Shown here: piece by piece, positions 9,271 to 19,667 of the stretch
How the letters are laid out: each line of letters starts with the position of its first letter
Numbering within the stretch: position 1 is the stretch's first letter
Origin: Planctomycetota bacterium
Lineage (GTDB): Bacteria > Planctomycetota > JAJSAM01 > JAJVHW01
Assembly: GCA_965248445.1 (NCBI GenBank)
Contig: CBDFJG010000001.1
Location: 407,979-471,978, forward strand
Reading direction: 5' to 3'
DNA: 64,000 nucleotides
The notes under the pieces: generated by a model
Seen by the model: the letters and a program-made list of their open reading frames with translations, nothing else
What the model was told of the DNA's origin: nothing
The model's database searches: none
Made by a program: the position numbers and the translations under genes

Positions 9271-9903
9271 TCAGCCGCCGCGGCGATTGACCTGGTTGAT
9301 GACCTTGCGCGCCTTCTTCTTGCCGAGCGCATTCTGCAGCGCCTTGTCGCGCTCGCGCTTGAGGTCGCTCTGCAACTTGCTGTCGCCGTCGGTGCGCGCC
9401 TTCCAGCTCTTCGTGAACCAGTCCGTGAGGATCGGCGTGGCGGCGGCCTCTTCGTCCTCGGTCAGGTCGGATCCCTCGAACGCGCGGTCGAGCGCGCGCC
9501 GCTGCCAGGCCGCCAGAGGGTCCTCGTCCGGCTCATCGTCGGCTTCGTCGTTCTTCCCGTCGGCGCCGAGCGCCTTCTTCAGGTCCTCGCGCTCGCTCTC
9601 GGTCAGTTCTTCCGGCTTGATCGGCTTGAGCAGCGCTTTGGCGTCCTCCATGGCCTTCTCGAGGCGGTCGAGCATGGCCGTGTCGGGAGTCTCCGCACCG
9701 CGCTCCTTCTCGTAGGAGGCCTCGAGCGTCGTGAGGATCCGCTTGGTGCGCACCATGCGCAGCACGGGCTTCACCTTCACTGCAGGCGGTGCCTCGGCAG
9801 CCTCGTCCTCCGCGAGGAGCCCCTGAGAGAAGACCAGCGGGCCCGAGATCGCGAGCCAGGCTCCGAAGAGCAGTGCCGCAGAAATGGTGAGAGTGAGTCG
9901 CAT
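9271..9903 (-). CDS. secreted charged hypothetical protein
   Basis: ATG at 9903 with a GGAGG RBS 5 nt upstream. Signal peptide MRLTLTISAALLFGAWLAISG. The remainder is rich in E/K/D. Confidence 0.5.
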   Translation of the reverse strand: MRLTLTISAALLFGAWLAISGPLVFSQGLLAEDEAAEAPPAVKVKPVLRMVRTKRILTTLEASYEKERGAETPDTAMLDRLEKAMEDAKALLKPIKPEELTESEREDLKKALGADGKNDEADDEPDEDPLAAWQRRALDRAFEGSDLTEDEEAAATPILTDWFTKSWKARTDGDSKLQSDLKRERDKALQNALGKKKARKVINQVNRRGG

Positions 9904-10034
9904 CGTGGCCTCCGTGCGTTGTCCCGACTGGGTCTCGTTCGAGGTCAACCACCCCGCCCATCGTTCGGACGCCGTGAGGAACCGGGGTGTTCCAGCGGTC
10001 GTCCGTGGGCGGAGAAGGAGATATCCTCGCCGCC

Positions 10035-11825
10035 ATGCCCAAGCTGCACAAGACCGCCACGACCCTCTCGCTCCTGGCCCTCCTGCTGGCCTCGGGGCCG
10101 ACGATCGCCACCTCGATCGCCCGCGCCGACGGCAAGGGCTCCGACATCGGAGGCCCCGAACGCGCCGCGGTGCGCAATGACCGGACGCGCTTCGGACTCG
10201 ATCCCGCGGCGATGTCGGACACCGAGAAGGCGGAGCGACTGGCCTCCATCGAGGTGGAGTACGAGGGGCTGCGCCGCAACCAGGATCTCGTCCAGGTCCG
10301 CACCCGCCGCAACCGGATCACATTCGTCGGCGAGATGAAGTACCCACCGGCCGCGGAGTTCCTCAAGAAGGCGTTCACGACCGACCGCGACGTGCGTGCG
10401 CGAGCAGCGGCGATGGCGGCGGTCGGCAAGTGCGGCGATCCCGACGCGATCGAGTTCGTGGTCAAGAAGGTTCTCGCGAACGCGCGCAAGGATCCCGTGT
10501 ACGTCGCTCAACTCGGCCGGATGTTCGCCGAGGTCGAGAACCAGCAAGCCGCCGAGTGGATCGTCACGCGCCTGAGGCAAAAGGACCAGACGACCCTCGC
10601 GAACGTTGTCGAGGCCGTCGGCTACGGGGGCTCCCCCACGGCGGTGCCGGCGCTGGTGGCTCTGATCGAGAAGACCAAGAACGCGCCGGTCAAGTTCGAG
10701 GCGTTGCGCGCGCTCGGACGCTGCGGTAGGTCCGACGCGATCCCGACACTCCTGCTCTACATCGACGACTCCGACTGGCGCATGCGCATGGCAGCCGCCG
10801 AGGGTCTCGGGTACACGGAAGACGCGAACGTGATCGACCATCTCGCGCCGCTCATCGCGCGTCACGAGGAACCGATCGTGGTCGAGACGGCGGCCGAAGC
10901 CGTCGCGACGCTCGGGACCCCGGCGGCTGTCGAACCACTGATCAAGTGCCTCGACGTCGGGCGGCTCCGCGCGCGGCAGAAGGCACGCAAGGGCCTTGTG
11001 AACATCGCCCGCCGCGACTACCGCATGGACAAGGACTATCACGTCGATCCGAACGCGTGGAGATCGTGGTGGCGCAAGATCAAGAGCGGCATCGACCCCG
11101 ACGACCCGACGGTCTCGGGCCGCGACACCGCGTCCTACTTCACTTTCCCGGTGCACAGCGACCGCGTGCTCTTCATCCTGGACGTATCCGGATCGATGGA
11201 GTGGCCGAACGCGCCGCGGGCCGCCAACATCAAGCCATCCGCCTGGAGAGGCCGCCGCATCGACCTGGCGCACAGCGAGCTCTTCGCGGCACTGCGGGGG
11301 CTCGCCAAGCAGAACAAGGGCCGCATCAAGAAGAAGGGCAGCAAGGGCCGGACCGGCGACCTGCCGTACGCACCTGACGAGAACGGCGTGGAGCCGCCGA
11401 CCCTCTTCAACGTCGCCACGTTCGCCGGGCACGTCCCCTCCTGGCAGAAGGAGCCCGTCCTCGCCAGCGAGGAGAACGTCGAGGCCGCCATCAAGTGGCT
11501 GACTGTGCAGTTCCCGCGCGGCGGCACGAACACACACGGCGCGCTCGAGTTCGCGCTCGCGCAGCCCAACGTCGATACCGTGTTCTTCCTCTCCGACGGC
11601 GTGCCGTCGGTCGGCAAGATCGAGGAGCCGGAGCACATCCTCGCCGACGTGCGCCGCATGAACCGTTTCCGGCGCATCACGATCAACACCGTTGCGCTCA
11701 TCGTCGGTCGCTCCTCCATCGAGAAGGCGCTCAAGTACGAGGACCCCGAGGAGATGGCGGACTTCATGAACCGCATCGCCACGGAGAACTACGGGAAGTT
11801 CGCCGACGAGTCGCGGCCCCAATAG
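10035..11825 (+). CDS. secreted HEAT-repeat (PBS-lyase-like) protein with C-terminal von Willebrand factor A domain
   Basis: Signal peptide. Repeated HEAT-like units (e.g. AAAMAAVGKCGDPDAI). VWA core with MIDAS (LFILDVSGSM ... GGTNTHGALEFAL ... FFLSDGVPS). GGAGAAGGAG RBS upstream. Confidence 0.65.
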   Translation: MPKLHKTATTLSLLALLLASGPTIATSIARADGKGSDIGGPERAAVRNDRTRFGLDPAAMSDTEKAERLASIEVEYEGLRRNQDLVQVRTRRNRITFVGEMKYPPAAEFLKKAFTTDRDVRARAAAMAAVGKCGDPDAIEFVVKKVLANARKDPVYVAQLGRMFAEVENQQAAEWIVTRLRQKDQTTLANVVEAVGYGGSPTAVPALVALIEKTKNAPVKFEALRALGRCGRSDAIPTLLLYIDDSDWRMRMAAAEGLGYTEDANVIDHLAPLIARHEEPIVVETAAEAVATLGTPAAVEPLIKCLDVGRLRARQKARKGLVNIARRDYRMDKDYHVDPNAWRSWWRKIKSGIDPDDPTVSGRDTASYFTFPVHSDRVLFILDVSGSMEWPNAPRAANIKPSAWRGRRIDLAHSELFAALRGLAKQNKGRIKKKGSKGRTGDLPYAPDENGVEPPTLFNVATFAGHVPSWQKEPVLASEENVEAAIKWLTVQFPRGGTNTHGALEFALAQPNVDTVFFLSDGVPSVGKIEEPEHILADVRRMNRFRRITINTVALIVGRSSIEKALKYEDPEEMADFMNRIATENYGKFADESRPQ

Positions 11826-11841
11826 AGATGGCACAGTAGCG

Positions 11842-13365
11842 ATGCAGCCGCGATACGCAGGACCCCGCCAGATTCGCGGAGCCGGCGGCGCGCTCCTGAT
11901 CGCCGCCATCGCGAGCATCGCGCTCGCGGCGGACAGTCCCCGGTTCAAGGCGCTGAAGAAGGAGTACGGCGCGCTCAGTCGGAATCACGACGACGAGGCC
12001 AGCCGGGCCCGCCGGCTCGTCCTTCTCGAGATGTTCGACGTGCGCGAGGAGTCCGGCGCCCGCAAGCTGCTCAAGAAGGCGCTCGGCGACGAGAAGCGCA
12101 TCGACAACCGGGTGGCGGTCGTCCATCTGCTGGCGGGCTGCGGCGACCCGAAGGCGTTCACCAGCATGCTCTCCGGCCTGAAGAAGGAGCGCTTTCGCGC
12201 ACCGGTGCTCGCGATCGGGCGCGGACTCGGCTTCACCCCCGACGCCGCCCGCGCCGATGTCTCGACGGCGGCCCTGAAGGCCTTGAAGAGGGCGAAGGAG
12301 GATCTCCGTTCCGCCCTTCTCGAGGGCCTCGGAGAACTCGGAGCCGCCGAGGCGACACCCGCCCTGCTGGCCTACGAGCCGGACGATACGGTCGAGGGCT
12401 TCTACCGCAACCGCAGCATCGGACTGTGCAACGGTGAGGGCGCCGAAGCGTTCCTGCTGACGGAGTTGGACAACGCCTACCCCGCGTATCGCCGCGGGGC
12501 CGTGCAGGGCCTGGCCGCCATCGGCAGCGACACGGCGCTCGCGGCGCTGACCAAGACGGCGCTACACGATCTCGACTCGCGCGTCGTGCGCGCCGCCGCG
12601 GAGGCGCTGGCTGCCGCCGGCCACAAGGCCGCGGCCCCCGAGATGGCCAAGGAGCTGCATCGCTCCCACTGGCGGCGCACGCGCGAGGTCCTGCGTCAGT
12701 CACTGAAGACCCTGCTCGGCAAGGACCTCGGTTACGACGCCAAGAAATGGGAGGCCGCGGCCGCGGGCAAGCCCTCGACACCCGGCGAACTGCCGAAGCA
12801 ACCTGAGTTCTTCGGCGTCCCGGTCGCCACCAACTCGGTGCTCGTCATGCTCGACACGTCGCGCTCGGTCCAGTGGATGGGCCGCCTGGAGCGCGAGATC
12901 GAGGGGTGCCAGGAGTTCATCACGGGGCTCCCTGACGACGCGTTCTTCAGCGTCTGGAACGTGACCCGCAGCTCACAGAAGTACGAAGAGGGCATGGTCG
13001 CCGCCGAGTCCCACCGCGACAGCGCGATCGCGTGGCTCGGCGAACAGAAGTCCGGGCGGGGCTGGCTGTACGTCAAGCGGGCGCTCAAGGAGGCCGTCTC
13101 GGACCTGCCGACGGTGGACACGATCGTGTTCGCCACCGACTCGCATCCGTGGGGTGAGACCGCGGAAGAGACGTCCCTCGAGACGATCGAGACGTTCCGA
13201 CACCTGAACCGGGACACCGACGTCCGTCTCGTCATCGCTCTCGTCATGCCCGGCGGCCGCTTCGAGCAGAGCGAACGCAGCGAAGTCGAGATCGAGGAGC
13301 GCATCGAGTTCCTCACCCAGCTCGCCGAGGAGTCCGGCGGCACGTTCGTGCACGTAGACGAGTAG
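11842..13365 (+). CDS. paralogous HEAT-repeat + VWA-like protein
   Basis: Same architecture as the upstream gene: hydrophobic N-terminus, HEAT-like repeats, and a VWA-like domain with a DxSxS motif (LVMLDTSRS). 17-nt spacing from the previous gene. Confidence 0.6.
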   Translation: MQPRYAGPRQIRGAGGALLIAAIASIALAADSPRFKALKKEYGALSRNHDDEASRARRLVLLEMFDVREESGARKLLKKALGDEKRIDNRVAVVHLLAGCGDPKAFTSMLSGLKKERFRAPVLAIGRGLGFTPDAARADVSTAALKALKRAKEDLRSALLEGLGELGAAEATPALLAYEPDDTVEGFYRNRSIGLCNGEGAEAFLLTELDNAYPAYRRGAVQGLAAIGSDTALAALTKTALHDLDSRVVRAAAEALAAAGHKAAAPEMAKELHRSHWRRTREVLRQSLKTLLGKDLGYDAKKWEAAAAGKPSTPGELPKQPEFFGVPVATNSVLVMLDTSRSVQWMGRLEREIEGCQEFITGLPDDAFFSVWNVTRSSQKYEEGMVAAESHRDSAIAWLGEQKSGRGWLYVKRALKEAVSDLPTVDTIVFATDSHPWGETAEETSLETIETFRHLNRDTDVRLVIALVMPGGRFEQSERSEVEIEERIEFLTQLAEESGGTFVHVDE

Positions 13366-14715
13366 CTACTCGCCGTCCGACCGCAGCGTGAGCCTGCCCG
13401 GTCGGTCGGCGACGACGCGCGCCGCCCGGCTCCCCCACCATGCGGCGAACACGGCGGGCTCCCGCCCGAGAAGCGGCAGGAACTCCTCCGCCAAACCGTC
13501 GTCGAGGACGCGCGCGACGGCCTCGCGCACGTGCGCCTCCCGCTCCGGGGTGCGCCACACCTGATCGGCGGCGACGCGCAGCAGCGCGGGGTGGCCGGCC
13601 GCCGCGAGCGGAGGCAGCGCGTCGCGCACGGAGCGGGGAGCTCTCTCGGGACGCCCCTCGAATCCGCCGGGAACGGGCGCCGACAGGCGCTCCCACGCAG
13701 CGAGCACCAGCTCGGCGCGCGGGAAGGAGGGGCGGTGACCTGCGGCGAGGCCATGCAGCGGGCGAGCCGCATCCACGTTCGCGAGGGGCGCTACGGTCCA
13801 GAATGCCAGCTTCGTGGCGCGCGCCGACCGGGGCAGCGGCTTGCCGTCCTTGCGCGGTGCGAACCACGAGTTGCGCGCGTGGTAGTAGAGACCCGTGCTC
13901 GACGCCGACGATGAGGCGCGGGCGAGAACGAGCATCCGTGAAGGTCCGGCAGGCAGTCCCGCCGGGGCGTCGGCCGTGAGCTGCGCCGTCGTCTCCACGG
14001 GCACGAAGCCACGATCCGGCAGATGCACTTCGGCCAAGCGGTGGAACGTCGAGTCCACCGCCCGTCCGTTGTATCCGCCGCGCAAGAGGGTCCCGCCGGT
14101 CCACCGCGCCGGGATGCCCAGGCGCCGGCAGATGGCCACGAACGCGAACGTGCTCTCGCTGCACGAGCCTTCGCCCGCCAGGAGAACGTCGGGAGCGGAG
14201 CGCCAGCCGCCGTCCAGCTCGTAGCTGACCGATTGACGCACGTGCGCAAGCGCGGCGTAGGCCAGGGCGTGCGGCGAGTCGTCGTCGGCAGCCGCGCGCA
14301 CCGCCGTCGCCGCGGCGCGGACGGCGTCGTGGTCGAGCCCGAGGATCTCGTCGTCTGCGAGGCACGCCGCCAGCTCGGCCTGGCTCGGCGCGGCGGCGCC
14401 TGAGTCGTCGAACTCGATCTCCGCGAGCCACGCGAACGTGACCGCGTCCCCGGCAGCCAGCACATCGACCACGGCATGGGCCGTCCAGCCATCTCCGGCA
14501 CTGCGCCGCAGCTCGAAGTCATGCGGGGAGAGCCGGACCCAGTGCACGCGCTGGCCGTGCCCGGACTGCGGTAGGACGAGATCGCACGCGATGCGTCGCA
14601 GGGTCGCCGGCGCGTCGTTCCGGACCGTGTCCTCGAAGCGGACCAGGTAGCGCTCACCGGCGTGGCCGTGCGCCGTCAGGACAAGGAGTAGGGCAGCGGA
14701 CAGCGGCCAACGCAC
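13366..14715 (-). CDS. secreted transglutaminase-like cysteine protease superfamily protein
   Basis: GTG start. Signal peptide MRWPLSAALLLVLTAHGHA. Transglutaminase core motif GEGSCSESTFAFVAICRRLGIPARWTGG. Lies 9 nt downstream of the last mrp gene on the same strand. Confidence 0.6.
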   Translation of the reverse strand: MRWPLSAALLLVLTAHGHAGERYLVRFEDTVRNDAPATLRRIACDLVLPQSGHGQRVHWVRLSPHDFELRRSAGDGWTAHAVVDVLAAGDAVTFAWLAEIEFDDSGAAAPSQAELAACLADDEILGLDHDAVRAAATAVRAAADDDSPHALAYAALAHVRQSVSYELDGGWRSAPDVLLAGEGSCSESTFAFVAICRRLGIPARWTGGTLLRGGYNGRAVDSTFHRLAEVHLPDRGFVPVETTAQLTADAPAGLPAGPSRMLVLARASSSASSTGLYYHARNSWFAPRKDGKPLPRSARATKLAFWTVAPLANVDAARPLHGLAAGHRPSFPRAELVLAAWERLSAPVPGGFEGRPERAPRSVRDALPPLAAAGHPALLRVAADQVWRTPEREAHVREAVARVLDDGLAEEFLPLLGREPAVFAAWWGSRAARVVADRPGRLTLRSDGE

Positions 14716-14724
14716 ACATAGAGG

Positions 14725-16419
14725 CTACAGCGCGAGGTAGAGCACGTACGCCGCCAGCAGGACGGCCGCCCAGAGCGCGGTCGCGCCGCTGGACCAGGGC
14801 TCACCGAGCACGCCCTGCGGGCTGTGCAGCTTGCGAATGCGCGCTGCGAGCATGGCGAAGAGCGCGAGCGCTGCCGCGATCAGGGCGCTCCACACGCCGC
14901 CACCGACACGTCGGACGAAGCCGACGGTGTTCGGGAGCACGCGGCGATACGACCAGTCCGCGTCGAGGACAGTCGAGCGCAGTTCCGGCGGATACCGGCC
15001 GGAGAGGTTGAGCCAGACGAACGCCAGTGCGGAGAAGAAGAGGACCTGCAACTGCGTGATCACGTGCCCCGCCGTGTACGGCACGTAGTCGACCGCGTAC
15101 GGGACCATCTTGTAGAGGAACACCTCGGGGAAGCACCCGTTGAAGATGCACAGCGCCGCCGCGATGCTCATGGCGATGAGCATGTTGCGGGGCGCCTCCT
15201 TGCAGCGGATCCCCGAGTCGTGGGCGAAGAACGCGAAGAACGGGATCTTGATGCCCGCGTGGTGGAATACGCCGGCTGACGCAAACAGGAGTACCAGCCA
15301 CACGGCGATGTGGCCTTCGTGCATCGCGGCGGACATCACCATCGACTTGCTGACGAATCCGCTGAACAACGGGAACGCCGAGATCGAGCATGCACCGACG
15401 ATGCAGAGCGCCGCCGTCTTGGGCATGCTCTTGTAGAGCCCGCCGAGGTCGCTCCCGTTGATCTTGCCCGTTCTGTAGAGCACCGCGCCCATGGACATGA
15501 ACAGCAGGCCCTTGAACATCACGTCGTTGAACGCGTGCGCGACCGTGCCGTTGAGTGCCAGCTCGGTGCCGATGCCGATGCCGACCACCATGAAACCGAT
15601 CTGGTTGATCATGCTGTACGCGAGCACGCGCCGCAGGTCGTTCTCGATGACTGCGAAGAATATCGGGAAGCCGGCCATTCCGGCGCCGACGTAGATGAGC
15701 GCTTCCGTGCCCGCGAAACCACGCAGGAGCGCATACACCGCGACCTTCGTCGTGAACGCGCTCAGAAACACCGCGCCGCTCGGCGTCGACTCGGGGTACG
15801 CGTCCGTCAGCCAGTTGTGCAGCAGCGGGAACGCGCACTTGATGCCGAACGCAGCCAGGATGAGGTTGGTGCCCGGGGTTCCCGCGCCCAGGTGGTCGAA
15901 CTCGATCGAACCCGAGGCCTGGTAGTGGAGGATGATCCCCGCCAAGAGCAGCACGCCCGAGCCGACCTGAACGATCAGGTAGCGCATGCCGGAGCGGAAT
16001 GCGCGCTCGGTCCCGCTCGCCCAGACCAGGAACGCGGAGCTGACCGCGAGGATCTCCCAGAACACGAACAGGGTGACGAGGTCGCCCGCGAGGACCGCGC
16101 CGACGGCGCTCGCTCCGTAGATCAGCGCAGCCGGGTGTTCGACGCGGCTCTTCGCCCGCAGCGAGAAGATCAAGCCGACGAACACGGCGATGTGGAACAG
16201 GTATGCGAACAGGCGGCTCGTCCCGTCGACCCGCACGAGAGTGAACTCGTAGTCGAAGACGCTGATCTGTCCGAACTCGCCCTCGCCGAGGCTCCACAAG
16301 TACGCGCAACTGACGATCGGCAGGAGCAGCACGAACGCCGCGCGCAGCTTGCCGCGCAACGCCGGCACGAGCAGCGCGCCGAGGATCATGATGGCAGCGG
16401 GCGGGAGGCTACCGATCAT
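14725..16419 (-). CDS. Mrp/Mnh antiporter subunit D-like proton-conducting membrane protein (NuoL/M/N family), copy 3
   Basis: 564 aa polytopic protein with NuoLMN-family motifs (WLTDAYPESTPSGAVFLSAFTTKVAVYALLR). Confidence 0.75.
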   Translation of the reverse strand: MIGSLPPAAIMILGALLVPALRGKLRAAFVLLLPIVSCAYLWSLGEGEFGQISVFDYEFTLVRVDGTSRLFAYLFHIAVFVGLIFSLRAKSRVEHPAALIYGASAVGAVLAGDLVTLFVFWEILAVSSAFLVWASGTERAFRSGMRYLIVQVGSGVLLLAGIILHYQASGSIEFDHLGAGTPGTNLILAAFGIKCAFPLLHNWLTDAYPESTPSGAVFLSAFTTKVAVYALLRGFAGTEALIYVGAGMAGFPIFFAVIENDLRRVLAYSMINQIGFMVVGIGIGTELALNGTVAHAFNDVMFKGLLFMSMGAVLYRTGKINGSDLGGLYKSMPKTAALCIVGACSISAFPLFSGFVSKSMVMSAAMHEGHIAVWLVLLFASAGVFHHAGIKIPFFAFFAHDSGIRCKEAPRNMLIAMSIAAALCIFNGCFPEVFLYKMVPYAVDYVPYTAGHVITQLQVLFFSALAFVWLNLSGRYPPELRSTVLDADWSYRRVLPNTVGFVRRVGGGVWSALIAAALALFAMLAARIRKLHSPQGVLGEPWSSGATALWAAVLLAAYVLYLAL

Positions 16420-16696
16420 AGTAGTCCTCGTCGCGCATCAGCACCCTGCGCATCTGCTTCGAGACGAGCACCAGCACGACGCAGCCGATGAACCCGTAGA
16501 TCGCGTAGAAGCCCGGCAGGTTCTCCCACCAGTGCTCCGCGTGCCGCACGTCAGGTCCGCCGAAGTTGTGCCAGGCCACGATGACGATGTCGATCAGGAA
16601 CAGCAGCCCACACACGACGTAGAGCGCACGCAACAGCCGCTGCGTGTTGCGCGGGTCATCGAACATGTGCTTCTTGCCGTCGGGGTCAGGTGTCAT
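16409..16696 (-). CDS. small two-TM membrane protein within mrp cluster (MbhI-like position)
   Basis: 95 aa with two hydrophobic helices. Overlaps its upstream and downstream mrp genes by a few nt. Confidence 0.4.
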   Translation of the reverse strand: MTPDPDGKKHMFDDPRNTQRLLRALYVVCGLLFLIDIVIVAWHNFGGPDVRHAEHWWENLPGFYAIYGFIGCVVLVLVSKQMRRVLMRDEDYYDR

Positions 16697-16699
16697 GGA

Positions 16700-18190
16700 T
16701 CAACCTCCCCCCGCAATGGGCAGGAGCAAGTCGTAGACGTGCTCCGCGAAGAAGAACATCACGACGCAGCCGAGCGCGGTCACGCAGAGCGGCACGACGC
16801 ACAGCAGCGGCGCCTCGTGAATGCCGTCCGCGGGCGCGTGATGGTCGTCGTCCGCGTGCTCGACCGGCTTGACGGGCACGAAGAACGCCCGCCCCACCAC
16901 GGGCATCAGGTAGCCGATGCTCAGCAGCGAGCTGACCATGAACGCGGCGACGAACACCAGGTGGCCGGAATCGGCGGCGCCCAGCGCCAGGTACCATTTG
17001 CTCCAGGAACCGCCGAGTGGCGGCAGCCCGATGATGCTGAGCGACCCCACCAGGAACGCGATCATCGTGAACGGCATCGTGCGACCGATGCCGTCCATCT
17101 CGCTGATCTTCTTCTTGTGCGTCGCGACCATGATTGCGCCGGCACAGAAGAAGAGCGTGATCTTGCCCATCGCATGCATCGCGATGTGCATGCCGCCACC
17201 GATGGCAGCCTGGGGCGTCGCGAGCGCAGCGGCCAGAACGATGTACGCCAGTTGGCTGATCGTCGAGTACGCCAGCCGCGCCTTCAGGTTGTCCTTCGTG
17301 AGCGCGATCACGGACGCGCAGATCATGGTGAATCCGGCGGCGTACATGAGCCACACCGACGCGCCGGTCGTCGTCAGGAAGTCGGTCCCGAAGATGTACA
17401 CCGAGATCTTGAGCACTGTGAACACGCCGGCCTTCACGACGGCGACGGCATGGAGCAGCGCGCTCACCGGTGTGGGCGCGACCATCGCGGCCGGCAGCCA
17501 TTTGTGGAAGGGCATCAGCGCGGCCTTGCCCGTCCCGAACGCGAACAGGCCGAGCAGCACGGGGACGACCCAGCCCTCGGCCTTGCCCTCGAGAATGCCA
17601 CCCGGCGTGAACTCCACGGTGCCCGAGATCTGCCAGGTCCAGATCACGGCGAGCAACAGGAACGCGACCGAGGTGGAGACCAGGATGCCGAGGTACTTGC
17701 GGCCCGCCCGCTTGGCCTCCTCGTTGCCGTGGTGCGTGACCAGCGGGTACGTCGAGAACGTCAGCACTTCGTAGAAGACGAACAGCGTGAACAGGTTGCG
17801 TGAGAACGCGATGCCGAGCGCCGCGAAGATCGCGAGTGCGAAGCAGATGAAGAACCGTGTCTGGTTCTTCTCGTGGTGCCCGCGCATGTAGCCGAACGCG
17901 TAGAACGACGTGACCGGCCAGAGCCCGCCCGCCACGAGCGCGTAGACCATGCCGAGCGGCTCGACCTTGAACCCGAGCGTCAGACCGGGCAGCACGTCGA
18001 CCAGGTCGAGCACGGGACGCTCGCCGCCCGTGACCATCCCGGCGAGGTTGACGACGAAGAACAGGGTGATCGCACCGGCGACGATGGTCACCGTCTCGCG
18101 CACGTTCGGCCAGCGGCCGCACAGCGCGACACCGCACGCCCCGACTACCGGGGTCAGAAGAGCCAGGGCGATGGTCGTCCCCGGACTCAC
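16700..18190 (-). CDS. Mrp/Mnh antiporter subunit D-like (NuoM-like), copy 2
   Basis: Start inferred as the GTG at 18190, which overlaps the upstream TAG by 1 nt; the ORF-track N-terminus is out-of-frame shadow. Motifs: KAALMPFHKWLPAAMVAPTPVSALLHAVAVVKAGV. Confidence 0.7.
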   Translation of the reverse strand: MSPGTTIALALLTPVVGACGVALCGRWPNVRETVTIVAGAITLFFVVNLAGMVTGGERPVLDLVDVLPGLTLGFKVEPLGMVYALVAGGLWPVTSFYAFGYMRGHHEKNQTRFFICFALAIFAALGIAFSRNLFTLFVFYEVLTFSTYPLVTHHGNEEAKRAGRKYLGILVSTSVAFLLLAVIWTWQISGTVEFTPGGILEGKAEGWVVPVLLGLFAFGTGKAALMPFHKWLPAAMVAPTPVSALLHAVAVVKAGVFTVLKISVYIFGTDFLTTTGASVWLMYAAGFTMICASVIALTKDNLKARLAYSTISQLAYIVLAAALATPQAAIGGGMHIAMHAMGKITLFFCAGAIMVATHKKKISEMDGIGRTMPFTMIAFLVGSLSIIGLPPLGGSWSKWYLALGAADSGHLVFVAAFMVSSLLSIGYLMPVVGRAFFVPVKPVEHADDDHHAPADGIHEAPLLCVVPLCVTALGCVVMFFFAEHVYDLLLPIAGGG

Positions 18191-19662
18191 TACCCACCCC
18201 CCAGCAACTGCCGCGCGGCAGACGTCGCCACACCGACGGTCTGTTCCGTGAAGATCCCGAAGTAGAGCGTGCCACCGATGAGAATCCAGACCGGGACGAG
18301 CATGCTGAGCGGAGCTTCGCTGACCTCGCGGTCGTCCGCCGGCTTCTGGAAGTAGGCCACCTCGATCACGCGCCAGACGTAGATGACTGCGAGCAGCGAA
18401 CTGATGAGCGTCAGCGCCGCGACCGGATACCAGCCGCGCTCGAGCGCGCCGAGCACCAGGTACCACTTGCTCACGAAGCCGACGGTTCCCGGCACACCGA
18501 TGAGCCCGAGGCCGCCCACAACAAACGCGGCCATGGTGATCGGCATGCGCCGCCCCAGCCCGCGCATGTCCTCGATGCGCGATGAGCGGATGCGGAACGC
18601 AACGCACGCGACGACGAGGAACAATCCGCCCTTCATCAGCGCATGGTTGAACAGATGGACGATGCCGCCGGTCAGGCCGTCCACGTTGTGGAAGGACAGC
18701 CCGAGCGTCATGTAACCGATCTGCGCGATCGACGAGTACGCAAGCAGCCGCTTGATCTTCGACTGATAGATCGCCGCGGTCGAGCCGACGAACATCGCGG
18801 CCAGCGAGATCGGCACGAGCAGCCAGTGCAGACTCAGTTCGCCGAACACGAAGTCCTTCCCGAAGATCGAGAAGATCACCCGCAGCAGCACGTAGAACGC
18901 GACCTTGGTCGCCGTCGCGGCAAGGAAGGCCGAGATCTTCGGCGGCGAGTACGTGTAGGCGTTCGGCAGCCACTGGTGCAGCGGGAACACCGCGAGCTTG
19001 ATGCTCAGCCCCACGAACATGACGCCGAACGCGACCGAGAGGGTGCGCGTCGTCGTGACGTCGGGCAGGCGCTCGGACAGGTCGCCCATGTTGAGCGTGC
19101 CGGTCATCTGGTAGAGCAGCCCGGTGCCGATCAGGAAGAGCGCACCGCCGATGGTGCCCATGATCAGGTACGCGTACGCCGCCGTCAGAGCCCGGCGGCC
19201 GCGGCCCAGCGCGACCAGCGTGTACGCCGCCAGCGAGCTGATCTCGAGGAACACGTACACGTTGAAGAGGTCACCCGTCGCCGTCATGCCGAGCAGGCCG
19301 GTCAGGCACAGCAGATAGACCGCGTAGACGGCGTGCCGCTGGCCGCCCTCCAGATCGTCCCCCCGCGGCGCCGGTCCGAACGGCACCACGACCGAAGCGA
19401 TGAGCGAGATGATCACGGCCACGAACGCGTTGACCTGATCGAGGCGGTACTCGATCCCCAGCGGCGCCGGCCACCCGCCTACTTCGTAGGAGATCGTCCC
19501 CTCCGAGATCACGCGAGCGAGCAGCAGCGACGAGATGACCAGGCACGCGAACGACGCGATGCCGGCCAGCGGCCGTGCGAGTTGCGTGTTGCGCAGCAAC
19601 AGGCAGAACGGGGCCGCCACGAGCGGCAACGCGACCAGCAGGACGGGGAAATGCTCGCTCAT
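18190..19662 (-). CDS. Mrp/Mnh antiporter subunit D-like (NuoN-like), copy 1
   Basis: ATG at 19662 preceded by a GGAGGAG RBS. Motif FPLHQWLPNAYTYSPPKISAFL. Confidence 0.75.
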   Translation of the reverse strand: MSEHFPVLLVALPLVAAPFCLLLRNTQLARPLAGIASFACLVISSLLLARVISEGTISYEVGGWPAPLGIEYRLDQVNAFVAVIISLIASVVVPFGPAPRGDDLEGGQRHAVYAVYLLCLTGLLGMTATGDLFNVYVFLEISSLAAYTLVALGRGRRALTAAYAYLIMGTIGGALFLIGTGLLYQMTGTLNMGDLSERLPDVTTTRTLSVAFGVMFVGLSIKLAVFPLHQWLPNAYTYSPPKISAFLAATATKVAFYVLLRVIFSIFGKDFVFGELSLHWLLVPISLAAMFVGSTAAIYQSKIKRLLAYSSIAQIGYMTLGLSFHNVDGLTGGIVHLFNHALMKGGLFLVVACVAFRIRSSRIEDMRGLGRRMPITMAAFVVGGLGLIGVPGTVGFVSKWYLVLGALERGWYPVAALTLISSLLAVIYVWRVIEVAYFQKPADDREVSEAPLSMLVPVWILIGGTLYFGIFTEQTVGVATSAARQLLGGG

Positions 19663-19667
19663 CGCGC

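Noticed and set aside
9945-11948. 667-aa minus-strand ORF opposite the first HEAT-VWA gene
   Set aside because: Antisense shadow. No homology or structure-like features.
14801-16309. 502-aa alternative-frame ORF within mrpD copy 3, and plus-strand ORF 16349..17803
   Set aside because: Out-of-frame or antisense to a clearly homologous polytopic antiporter subunit.
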